NCBI GenBank assembly: GCA_964490075.1
Contig: CAZBBK010000015.1
Location: 62,001 to 93,700, forward strand
From: an uncultured Gemmatimonadota bacterium
Lineage (GTDB): Bacteria; GCA-2686955
DNA: 31,700 nt
Direction of reading: 5' to 3'
The notes beneath the pieces are model-generated. The model worked only from the letters and a program-made list of their open reading frames with translations, searched no databases and had not been told where the DNA came from. The position numbers and the translations under genes were made by a program. Within the stretch, counting starts at the first letter, position 1. Every line of letters begins with the position of its first letter. Shown here in pieces: positions 8,643-17,512 of the stretch.

Positions 8643-10219
8643 GAGCTCGCCTCCTGCTCGCCCCCGCCGACGCGCACGTCGCGAAAACGCGCGTGCGCGG
8701 CGCCGTGTGTCATCTGGCCGCTTTGGTTGGGTTCCCCTTTGCCACAGTTCAGCACGCCGAAGGGCTGCCAATGGCTGCGGTCGCAAACCGCATCGCACGC
8801 GCCCCAGAACTCCGGAGTGATTCCTTGATAGATGACGTTCTTCAAGGGACGGGTTCGACGACCGTTTTCGATCAGCCAAAACATGTCGCCACCGAACTGG
8901 AAGTTGTAACGCTTCTGGTCGATCGAGTAGCTGCCGCGGCCGGCGATGTAGATCCCCTTCTTGGTGTCTGCAATCAGGTCGTCAAGCTGCGCGTCGCCCG
9001 GCTCGAGTCCGATGTTGGAGATCCTGACGATCGGAATCGACTGCCAGGAGTCGGCGCGGCAAGAGCCGCGCGAGCGTGACTCGCCGATCGCCGATGCCAC
9101 CTCGCGGTTGGTGCTGTAGCCCACGAAGACGCCCTCCTTCACGATCGGCCAACGCTGACAACGAACGCCGTCGTCGTCGTAGCCGACCGAGGCCAGTCCC
9201 TGAGGGAAGACGTTGTCGGCGGTGATGTTGACCTGCTGCGAGCCGTAGCGCAGCTTGCCGAGTTGATCCGGCGTGAGAAAAGAGGTGCCGGCATAGTTGG
9301 CTTCGTAGCCCAGCGCGCGATCGAGCTCGGAGGGGTGGCCGATGCTCTCGTGCAGGGTCAAGCAGAGATGCTGGGGATCGAGGATCAGGTCGAAGCTGCC
9401 CTGGGGTCCGTCGGGTGCCCGCAGCTTTTCCGAGGCCTCGCGCGCCACGCGCTCCGCCTGGCCGCCGAGGTCGGCGGCGACGACGTGCTCCCAGCCGACG
9501 TGTCTCGGATCGGCCTCGAGGTAGCGCGACTGGCTGTCTCCATCGCCGGCTGCGGTCGCCTCCATCCAACCCCAGGTGCGCAGCAGGTCGGTCTCGATGA
9601 AGCTGCCCTCGGAAGAGGCGAAATGCTGGATCCGGTGCCAGGCGCCCAGGTAGCTCGACGCGATGGCGATGTCGGCATGGGCGAGCATGGTCTCGTGGGC
9701 GCCGAGCAGCAGGTCGGCCTTGGTGCCCAGCGGCACCTCGAAGGGATCGAGCTCGCGCGGCGATCGGTAGCGGTCGCGATACACCGGTTCCGGCACCAGC
9801 GACACGGGAGTGTCCAACAGGCTGGCACTGGCGCGCGCGATGCGTGTGGCCAGGGCGGCGACCCGCTCGACCTCGGCGGGAGTCACCACGCCCGAGGCCG
9901 CGAATCCCCAGCCGCCCCGTACCAGCACTCGAACCCCGATCCCGAACGACTCGGAGTCGTCGACCGACGCGATGCGTCGGTCCCGGGCGTAGACGATCTG
10001 CGTGCGGTAGCGAGCCAGACGAACGTCGGCGTAATCGGCACCGCTGCGCTCGGCGGCGCGGATCGCCAGCCGGCAGAGATCCTCGGGGCTCTCGGGGGGC
10101 TTTTCGGCGAACGCGCTGGGCGCCGCCGGGTCCGACGCGCGTAGCAGACAACCGGGCAGGGCGATCCCCGCCCCGGTCCAGCCCGCCACGCGCAGAAAGT
10201 CACGGCGCGGAATCGGCAT
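8639..10219 (-). CDS. tldD: TldD family metalloprotease with a twin-arginine signal
   Basis: LHESIGHPSELD (HExxGH), YDDDGV, C-terminal CGKGEP; N-terminus MPIPRRDFLRVAGWTGAGIALPGC. GAGGTG RBS before ATG 10219. Confidence 0.9.
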   Translation of the reverse strand: MPIPRRDFLRVAGWTGAGIALPGCLLRASDPAAPSAFAEKPPESPEDLCRLAIRAAERSGADYADVRLARYRTQIVYARDRRIASVDDSESFGIGVRVLVRGGWGFAASGVVTPAEVERVAALATRIARASASLLDTPVSLVPEPVYRDRYRSPRELDPFEVPLGTKADLLLGAHETMLAHADIAIASSYLGAWHRIQHFASSEGSFIETDLLRTWGWMEATAAGDGDSQSRYLEADPRHVGWEHVVAADLGGQAERVAREASEKLRAPDGPQGSFDLILDPQHLCLTLHESIGHPSELDRALGYEANYAGTSFLTPDQLGKLRYGSQQVNITADNVFPQGLASVGYDDDGVRCQRWPIVKEGVFVGYSTNREVASAIGESRSRGSCRADSWQSIPIVRISNIGLEPGDAQLDDLIADTKKGIYIAGRGSYSIDQKRYNFQFGGDMFWLIENGRRTRPLKNVIYQGITPEFWGACDAVCDRSHWQPFGVLNCGKGEPNQSGQMTHGAAHARFRDVRVGGGEQEASS

Positions 10220-10382
10220 GGATGACACCTCTGTGATCGATCGGCCCCGCGCGCGACCGAGTCGCCCATTGCGACCGGCCGCCGCGGCGGCGATCCCCCC
10301 CTCGGCCGGAGGAGGGTCTCAGAGTGTGTAAGCCATCCGGCAGATCCGCGCCAGACTCATTGCCCGGACTGGACCGGAATCG

Positions 10383-10946
10383 TCACTCGACCTCGTAGAT
10401 CTCGAGGTGCGCGGTGGTGCTGCCGGTGTCGCGGGCCCCCTGCTCCGAGTCGAGGGCGTCGATCTCGTCCCAGATCGTGCTGTAGGTGCTCACGATGATG
10501 GTGTAGGCGCCGGCGGGGATGTTGTCGAGGTTGGTGTACTCGTCGGTGTTCTGAACGGTGTAGCCGTTCCAACCGTCGCCGTTGCTGGGCGCCCCCTCGG
10601 CGTCGCCGTAGTCGAGGCGAGAGTTGAATCCCGGGTTTCCCCAACTGCCGCTGTGGCCGTCGTCGTTGCAGCCGTGCAGGTAGAAGCCGCGGCTGCCGTA
10701 GATGGCGATCTCGGTGTCGGCTTCGCCCTCGGTCCAGGCCGAGAAGCCGACGCCGTCTCCGGGCGCGACGCCGTCGGGAAGGCCGAAGAAGCCGACGTAG
10801 ACCTCTTCACCCGACACGAAGGCCAGTTCGGCGGTGATCGAAGTGCCCGGGCCGAGCTGCCCGAGCGGCGCCATGATCAGCTCGAGGGCGCCCGCGTAGG
10901 AGGCGCAGGTGAGCAGGGCGGCGGATGTCAAGACAAGGTGTTTCAT
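10383..10946 (-). CDS. Small secreted protein with a PPC/DVUA0089-like beta-sandwich domain (187 aa)
   Basis: Signal peptide MKHLVLTSAALLTCASYAGA; pattern DTEIAIY...NDD...NS.L...PAGAYTIIVSTY resembles pre-peptidase-C-terminal-like domains; AGAGGA RBS. Family assignment is tentative. Confidence 0.75.
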   Translation of the reverse strand: MKHLVLTSAALLTCASYAGALELIMAPLGQLGPGTSITAELAFVSGEEVYVGFFGLPDGVAPGDGVGFSAWTEGEADTEIAIYGSRGFYLHGCNDDGHSGSWGNPGFNSRLDYGDAEGAPSNGDGWNGYTVQNTDEYTNLDNIPAGAYTIIVSTYSTIWDEIDALDSEQGARDTGSTTAHLEIYEVE

Positions 10947-10972
10947 GATGTCCTCTTGTGGTGTGTAGATCC

Positions 10973-11553
10973 TCAAGGAACCTCGAACACGGCGAGGTGA
11001 ACCGTCGTGTCCCCCCCGCCGCGCGTGGCCTCTTCGGTGGCGCGAGCCTCGAGCTCGTCCCAGTGGACGCTGTAGGTCGCCACCACGATGGTGTAGTGCC
11101 CGGCCGGTAGGTCGCGCGGGTTGTTGAACTCGATCCCGTAGTGCTGGATCGTGTAGCCGTTCCAACCGTCGCCGTTGCTGGGCGCCCCCTCGGCGTCGCC
11201 GAAGTCGAGCCGCGAGTTGAGCTCGGGATCGCCCCAGGAGCCGCTGTGGCCGTCGTCGTTGCAGGCCACCAGGTCGGTCCCCTCGGCGCGATAGAGGGCG
11301 ATCTCGGTATCGGCGTCGCCCTCGCTCCACAGACTGAGCCCGAGTCCGCTGTCGGCTACCACGTCGTCGGTCAGGCGCACCAGCCCACGAAGGCCTCGGC
11401 GCCGGTGGTGAAGCTCAAGGGAGCACTCAGGTTGGAGCCGGCCCCGATGGCGCCGATGTTGGTGACCGAGACCTCCGCGGCCTGGGCGATCGACAGGGCG
11501 CCGGCCGCCACCAGCGCGCCGCAAAATCGGATAAAGAAGGCTGCCCGCCTCAT
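10973..11553 (-). pseudogene. Paralog of 10383-10946 with a 1-nt frameshift near 11384 (pseudogene or sequencing error)
   Basis: The N-terminus MRRAAFFIRFCGALVAAGALSIAQAA...EAFVG is in one frame and LVRLTDDVV...DTEIALY...VFEVP in another. Adding one base at GTG GG^CTG restores collinearity with the neighbouring paralog. Confidence 0.8.
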
Positions 11554-11668
11554 GGCCCCCCCCGGGGAACTCAAGATAGTGGATGCAGGAACGCCATTGG
11601 GAGCATAACGCAAGTTGGGGGGCGCGGGGGACCGGGGTTTCGGGGCCTCTGGCCCAGGCGGCCGGCGG

Positions 11669-13509
11669 TCAGGGGGCGGGGAAGACGGAGCGGCCGTTGC
11701 GCGTCCTCCCGCTCTCCGGCTCGTGGCGGCGTATCCGTGCGACGGCCAGAATGGCGGTGCGCAGCAGCGGAAGCGCGGCCGGTCGGTCGGCGTCGCCGAT
11801 CTGCAGGAGGGCTCGCACTCGATCGGAATCGAAGGGCGGCGGGACGGCGCGCGAGCGGGCGGGCTCCAGCAGCTCGCTGCGCCACTCGGCAATCCCTGGG
11901 TCGCGCGAGCGCCGACGCGCCAGGTGGCGCGCGAGCCGCAGCGAGACCTTCGCGAGGCTGTCGTGTCGCAGCCGATCCCTGATACTGTGTTGCATCCGAT
12001 AGAGTCGAGAGGACGGCGCAGGAGCGCGGCCAGGCCGGGCTCCAAGTGTCGCAACAAAGCCCGATACAGTTTTCGGCCCGCCTTGTAGCGCCGCGGAGCA
12101 GCCATGGCCTGAGACACGAATTCGATGGCATAGAATGGTGACAGGGGCCACACGACCAACCGATTCCGTTCCTCTCCTTCGAAGAGCCAACGACCGGCGC
12201 GGGACCAGAGCAGGAAATGGGAGTAACGATCTTCCTCGCGCAGCTCCGAGAAACGAGTGATCGATGCGTGGAGACTCGAGGCCAGGTCATCGGGATGCAC
12301 GTCGATCAGCGCACCAATCGCCGCGGAACTCCAGATCGCGTTCTTGCGGATGATGAAGTCGACCAGAGCGTCGGCCGCTGCACGCGCCGGGAGGCTGCGG
12401 TGGTCGGGCAGCAGCTTGTCCCCGCCCTCGCCGGTCCACAGGGCGATGCGGCCGCTGTCGCGCCCTCGCAGCGTTCGCAGGTACGAGAGGCCGAAGGCCT
12501 GGTCGATCGGGCTCAGACCCAGCTTCCGCTCGATGATCTCCTCGACGGCAGCGCCCCCCTGGGCCGGCACCCTGTGCGCCGCCCACCGGACCCGCAGCCG
12601 CCGCGCGACCTCCTCCGCTTGCGCCGATTCGTCGCGATGTGCTGAGCCCGGCGCGATGAAGGTGGCGGCCGAGTAGCGGGCGCCCGCCGCGCGCAGGCCG
12701 GCGGCGACAGTTTGCGAATCCATCCCGCCGCTCAGCGACAAAACGCCGCGCTCCGCGTCTCCGGCGCGGTCGCGACAGGCCGCCACCAACGCCTCCGCGA
12801 GACCTCCCACCAGCGTCGGGAGCGAGATCGCGGCGCTCGCGTCGGGCGCCGGTGCGAAAGGCGTTCTCGGCGCACCGAGGGTCAAACCGCCGGAACCGAT
12901 CTCCAGGCTCTGGCCGGGAAGCAACCGGCGATGCGAGCGCACCAGAGTGCGCGACTCGAGCGAGTAGCCGAGGAGCAGAAGCTGGCCCAGGGCCAGGCGG
13001 TCGATCTCGACGGCGCCGTCGTGGCCGAGCGGGAGGGCTTGGTCGCGCGAGACCAGCGCCCCTCGCGGACCGCTCGTATAGTAGAGCAGCAGGCGCCCCA
13101 GGCGGTCCCGAACGACGTGGGAGCGGGCGCCAAGGCGATCGTAGCAGTAGAGCACGAAGTCGCCGTCGATCCGCCGGAATTCCGTCAGGAGTACCTCGGC
13201 GAAAACGCGATCGTTGCCTGCGCCCTCGCCCAGCCTGCGGGCGAGGCGCTGGAGAAGAGCGCGGGAAGAGACACCGTAGCTGCATCCCTAGAAGACCAGC
13301 ACGCAGGTCGGATGGATCTCCTCCTCGTGGACGCGGAGAAGTGAAGTGGACATTCCGCGGCGTCGAGAGGGGCCTTCAGCCCGAAGAGGGTCCTGGGTGA
13401 GCGCCAGTGGGATAGCTGCCCATCGGGGAGGTCCAATCGGCGCACCGGTCGAAGTTCGCGTGCACACACTCCTGTGGGCTCCCATCCCCCCGAGGATAGA
13501 TCCGCTCAT
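11669..13509 (-). pseudogene. Asparagine-synthase-related protein, disrupted by an in-frame TAG (13288-13290) and a probable frameshift near 12020
   Basis: IDGDFVLY..RDRLG (Ntn-like domain), LSLSGGMDS (PP-loop), WTGEGGD, SPFY. The reading VLVF*GCSYG continues in frame through the TAG. A plausible C-terminus lies in the frame ending at 11669. Start uncertain. Confidence 0.7.
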
Positions 13510-13590
13510 CGTTCCACTGCGCCGCACACTGCCACGGCGACGACCCTCCCGACTTGGCGGCGAAGACCAAGCGGCCGAAGATGGCGCTCG

Positions 13591-14727
13591 ATGAGACGCG
13601 CTCCCCACCGATCGACGCTCTTGGCGCCCCTGGCGCCGCTGCTCCTGCTGGCTGCGGCTCTCGGAGGCTGCGGCGGTGCCGACCGTGCGCGTGCCAGCGG
13701 TGCGGACGAGATGGCGCGCACGGCGGCCGCAGAGGGCGCGGCCGTGGCGACTTTCGCCGGCGGCTGCTTCTGGTGCATGGAGGCGCCCTTCGAAGAGATC
13801 GAGGGAGTGCGGCGGGTGGCTTCAGGCTACAGCGGGGGACACCAGGAGGCGCCGACCTACCACCAGGTGTCGCGCGGAGAGACCGGTCATGCCGAGGCGA
13901 TCCAGATCCACTTCGATCCCGAGGTGGTGACCTATGCCACGCTGCTCGAAGTGTTCTGGCGGCAGATCGACCCGACCGACAGCGGCGGTCAGTTCGTCGA
14001 TCGCGGCAGCCAGTATCGCAGCGAGATCTTCGCCCACGACGAGGCGCAAGAGCAGGCGGCGCAACGCTCCCGGGCCGAGCTGGAGGTCTCGGGGCGCTAC
14101 CCGCGGCCGCTGGTGACGGCGATCACTCCCTTCGAGGCCTTCTACCGCGCCGAGGAACACCACCAGGACTATCATCGCAAAGAGCCGGAGGCCTACCACC
14201 ACTACCGGTCGCGATCGGGGCGTGACGCCTACCTGGATCGCATCTGGGGAGCCGAGCGCCATGCCGATCTGCACACGCTGATCACGAGCGCGCGCCCCCG
14301 GGAGAGCGAGGGGCAGCTGCGAGCGCGGCTCAGCGAGCTGCAATACGCGGTGACCCGGCGGGGCGCCACCGAGCCGGCCTTCGCGAACGAGTACTGGAAC
14401 CACAAGGAGCCGGGGATCTACGTCGACGTGGTGTCCGGCGAGCCGCTCTTCAGCTCCACCGACAAATTCGACTCCGGGACCGGCTGGCCAAGCTTCAGCC
14501 GCCCGCTGGAGCCGGACAACATCCGCGCCCAGGCCGACCTCTCGCTCGGCCTGGAGCGCACCGAGCTGCGCAGCGCACGCGCCGACTCGCACCTGGGGCA
14601 CCTCTTCCGCGACGGCCCGGCGCCGGGCGGATTGCGCTACTGCATCAACTCGGCCGCGTTGCGCTTCGTGCCGGTGGAGCGGCTGGAGGCTGGAGGGTTG
14701 GAGCGCTACGCCGCACTGTTCGAATAG
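13591..14727 (+). CDS. msrAB: Bifunctional peptide-methionine sulfoxide reductase MsrA-MsrB with a lipoprotein signal
   Basis: Msr[20 protein letters not shown]; MsrB GTGWPSF, HLGHLF, RYCINS; lipobox-like [11 protein letters not shown]. Confidence 0.95.
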   Translation: MRRAPHRSTLLAPLAPLLLLAAALGGCGGADRARASGADEMARTAAAEGAAVATFAGGCFWCMEAPFEEIEGVRRVASGYSGGHQEAPTYHQVSRGETGHAEAIQIHFDPEVVTYATLLEVFWRQIDPTDSGGQFVDRGSQYRSEIFAHDEAQEQAAQRSRAELEVSGRYPRPLVTAITPFEAFYRAEEHHQDYHRKEPEAYHHYRSRSGRDAYLDRIWGAERHADLHTLITSARPRESEGQLRARLSELQYAVTRRGATEPAFANEYWNHKEPGIYVDVVSGEPLFSSTDKFDSGTGWPSFSRPLEPDNIRAQADLSLGLERTELRSARADSHLGHLFRDGPAPGGLRYCINSAALRFVPVERLEAGGLERYAALFE

Positions 14728-15707
14728 GGATCTTGCGACTCGCCATCGACCGCCTCCAGGTCAACGCCGCCAAACCTGCGCCCGACCAGTGCCAGCGCGA
14801 TCGCACCCACCGCCACCGCGAACCAGAGCGTGCAGAAGCGCACGATGATCGCCGCCATTCCGGCGATGCTCTCGCCGACCCCGAAAAGCTGTTGCGACAT
14901 GGCCGTCAGCCCCGCCTCGGTGAGTCCCAGGCCACCCGGCAACATCGCCAGCGCCCCGACCAGAGTGGCCACCGCGTAAGTGAAGCTGGCGGCGCCCACC
15001 GATACGTCGTGGCCGAAGCCGGCGAAGGTCCAGGCGAAGGCCACGCACTCGGCGCCCCAGGAGAAGACCGAGAGCAGGGTGGCGATCGCCAGCGGCGCCG
15101 GAGCCAGGAGCTGCCCGGCGCTCTCGTAGGCGATTTCCAGGCGTTCGATGTTGGCTCCGACTCGCCCCAGGTGCGAGAAGCGCTTCAGCAAACCCATGGT
15201 GAGGCGCCTGGAGCTCACCAGGATCAGGCCGCCGACCGTGAGCACCGCCCCGGCCAACACCGCATCGCGCCCATAGTCGAACATCAACGCCCCCCAGAGC
15301 GAGAGCAGCACCAGCGACGCCACGTCGGTCAGTCGCTCGGCGAGCACCACCGGGGCAATCAGCGACACTCGCGTGCCGAGCCGCTCCTTGACCAGGTAGG
15401 CCTTGACGACCTCGCCCAGCTTGCCCGGCGTGATCGAGAACATCAGCCCCGAGAGGAACACCAAGAGGCTATCGAGGGGCTTCAAAGGAACGTCGATCCG
15501 CCCCAGGTAGTAGTGCCATTTCAAGAAACGCACGCCGTAGTTGACCAGCGACAGAGCAAGCAACAAAGGCAGCAGCGACCAGCGGAAGTGAGCGACCGCC
15601 TGGCGGATTCCGTCCCATCCCATGTAGAACGAGAGGACCAGGTAGACCAGGGCACCGAGCACGATGCCGGCCACCATGTTGCGCTTGAGCTTGCTCGATG
15701 TAGTCAT
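14706..15707 (-). CDS. Lysylphosphatidylglycerol-synthase TM / flippase-like membrane protein (UPF0104)
   Basis: Multiple TM segments; [36 protein letters not shown]. Overlaps the msrAB 3' end by 22 bp. Confidence 0.88.
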   Translation of the reverse strand: MTTSSKLKRNMVAGIVLGALVYLVLSFYMGWDGIRQAVAHFRWSLLPLLLALSLVNYGVRFLKWHYYLGRIDVPLKPLDSLLVFLSGLMFSITPGKLGEVVKAYLVKERLGTRVSLIAPVVLAERLTDVASLVLLSLWGALMFDYGRDAVLAGAVLTVGGLILVSSRRLTMGLLKRFSHLGRVGANIERLEIAYESAGQLLAPAPLAIATLLSVFSWGAECVAFAWTFAGFGHDVSVGAASFTYAVATLVGALAMLPGGLGLTEAGLTAMSQQLFGVGESIAGMAAIIVRFCTLWFAVAVGAIALALVGRRFGGVDLEAVDGESQDPYSNSAA

Positions 15708-15738
15708 GGACGGCGGCTGGAGCGCGAACCGAAGGGGG

Positions 15739-17160
15739 TCAGCTCGACCCGAAAAAGCGCAGCGACTCGGAGATCAGTCCCAGCTCGTTGTTGTTGACGA
15801 TGGCGTACGGTGCGCGGTGCGTCATGTAGCGCAGAATCTGCCGCGGAGAGAGCAGATACTCCAGGTAGAAGCGTCGTTGCAGACGCATCAGCTCGTCTTC
15901 GGGGATCTTGGAGTAATTGAAGCGCAGCGCGTTGTAGTGCGAGAGATTGCCGAGGTCGCTCTCGATCTCCTCCTTGACCTCTTCGTAGAAGGGCGAGCCG
16001 GGATAGGGTGTGAAGAAGGCGCACTGAATGACGTGACTGCCGATCTTCTTGGCGAAGCGCAGCGTCTCCAGCGCCTCCTCCTTGGTCTCGGTGGGGTTGC
16101 CGATCATGTAGTAGCAGGTGAGCGCCAGGCCGGCCTTCTTGACCAGCTCGGCACCGGCCAACATCTCGGCGGCGCTCTCCTGCTTCTTCAGCACCTTGAG
16201 CACGCGATCAGAGCCGGACTCCACGCCGAAGGTGACGCCGGCACAGCCCGCTTGCTTCATGCGATCGACCAGGTCGGCGTCCAGGGCGTCGCCGCGGGTC
16301 TGGCAGACCCAGCGTACGCTCAGTCTGCGCTTGCGATACTCGTCGCAGATCTCGCGGGTTCGGTCCATGTCGAAGGTGAACACGTCGTCTTCGATGAAGA
16401 TGGCGTTTACGCCCCAGTCGCGCTCCAGGCGCTCCATGTCTTCGGCCACGCGCGCGGGCGAGTTGGAGCGAAAAGCTCGACCGAAAGTCTGGCGCAGGGT
16501 CTGCGAGCAGTAGATGCAGGGATACGGGCAGCCGCGGCTGGTTAGCAGGAAACCCCAGCGCAGCTTGCGCAACGTCTTCACGTGCGACGAAACGATGATG
16601 TAGGGATCGAGGTCGAGCAGGGAGTGGTCGATCGGGGGGAGACCGTCAAGGTCGTCGCGCAGAGGCCGGGAGACGGTGGTTTCGAAGCAGCCGTTGTCGG
16701 TCGCGCGATGGGCGATGCCCTGGATCGACTCGTCGATCGGCCGTCCGTCGCGATAGGCCTCGCAGAGCTCGACAACGGTGTCTTCCGGCTCGCCGAGCAG
16801 CACTCCGGCGACCGCGGACGACCGAGAGAGGTGTTGCGGCATCGACGAGGCGTGCTGCCCCATCCCCCAGATCTTGGCTTCCGGCAATGCCTCGGAGATC
16901 CGCCGCACCAGGTCGTGCAAGACCTCCGCGGTCTGCGTCATGCTGTCGAGGAAGATCAGGTCGGCCTGCTGGTCGCGCAGCCAGTCGATGATCCCTTCGA
17001 GGGGGCGCTGATCGACCCAGGTATCGAGCAGCCGCGTTTCGAAACCGCGTGTGCGCAGCATGGTGGCGGCATAGAGCGTAGGAATCGGCCACATCCGATC
17101 CTGCGGATGCTGGCGCGGCTCGTTGTAGAAGGGCGCGATGCGCGCGAAGGCGACATTCAT
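15739..17160 (-). CDS. Cobalamin-binding-domain radical SAM enzyme
   Basis: TSRGCPYPCIYC, EDDVFT, FGVESGS, YMIGNP.ET, TPYPGS; N-terminal B12-binding-like domain (G.HAS, GEPE). Start placed at ATG 17160. Confidence 0.9.
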   Translation of the reverse strand: MNVAFARIAPFYNEPRQHPQDRMWPIPTLYAATMLRTRGFETRLLDTWVDQRPLEGIIDWLRDQQADLIFLDSMTQTAEVLHDLVRRISEALPEAKIWGMGQHASSMPQHLSRSSAVAGVLLGEPEDTVVELCEAYRDGRPIDESIQGIAHRATDNGCFETTVSRPLRDDLDGLPPIDHSLLDLDPYIIVSSHVKTLRKLRWGFLLTSRGCPYPCIYCSQTLRQTFGRAFRSNSPARVAEDMERLERDWGVNAIFIEDDVFTFDMDRTREICDEYRKRRLSVRWVCQTRGDALDADLVDRMKQAGCAGVTFGVESGSDRVLKVLKKQESAAEMLAGAELVKKAGLALTCYYMIGNPTETKEEALETLRFAKKIGSHVIQCAFFTPYPGSPFYEEVKEEIESDLGNLSHYNALRFNYSKIPEDELMRLQRRFYLEYLLSPRQILRYMTHRAPYAIVNNNELGLISESLRFFGSS

Positions 17161-17406
17161 GGTGGTGTCCTGCGGGGCGGACTCTACGGTCTGGCGGAGC
17201 CCGGAACCAGGGTCGGTTCGACCGATCCCCCGTGCAAGGGCGAGTTTACTTGAGATCGACGGCAACAGTCGCATCGATCCGCTGTCTACTTCGGTTGTCG
17301 ATGGATCGATCCCTTTCTCGGGGAGATCGCCGCGCGCGCCGGCCAGGTCGCTCCAACTCCCTGCCTAGACGGTCATTACGTCGGTGCATGTCGAGCGCGG
17401 TCGCCC

Positions 17407-17421
17407 TGGCACACCCCATGC
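17407..17421 (+). promoter_or_regulatory. Sigma-54 (-24/-12) promoter candidate
   Basis: TGGCAC-ACCCC-ATGC, exact GG-N10-GC spacing, about 90 bp before ATG 17513. Confidence 0.6.
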
Positions 17422-17512
17422 GAGAGGCACCCCCTCGCCATCGGCCAAGACGGCCGCGAATGGAACTGGCCACCCGGCCAACCCCGAGGGTACTCGTCAC
17501 CAGGAGGACAGC

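Noticed and set aside
10558-11264. Diversity-generating retroelement TR/VR pair
   Set aside because: The shared blocks are identical rather than adenine-variable, both lie within paralogous CDSs, and there is no reverse transcriptase.
11371-13155. 594-aa ORF as a real fusion of asparagine synthase to a membrane-anchored tail
   Set aside because: An artefact of two frameshifts: the tail is the signal peptide and N-terminus of the next gene, joined through low-complexity off-frame sequence.
11669-13509. Lasso peptide cyclase and lasso cluster
   Set aside because: No B1/RRE, B2 peptidase or precursor-like small ORF nearby, and the gene is disrupted.
14706-17160. Assignment as hopanoid genes hpnL/hpnJ
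   Set aside because: The families are compatible, but there is no squalene-hopene cyclase or other hpn gene in the window, so specific orthology cannot be supported.
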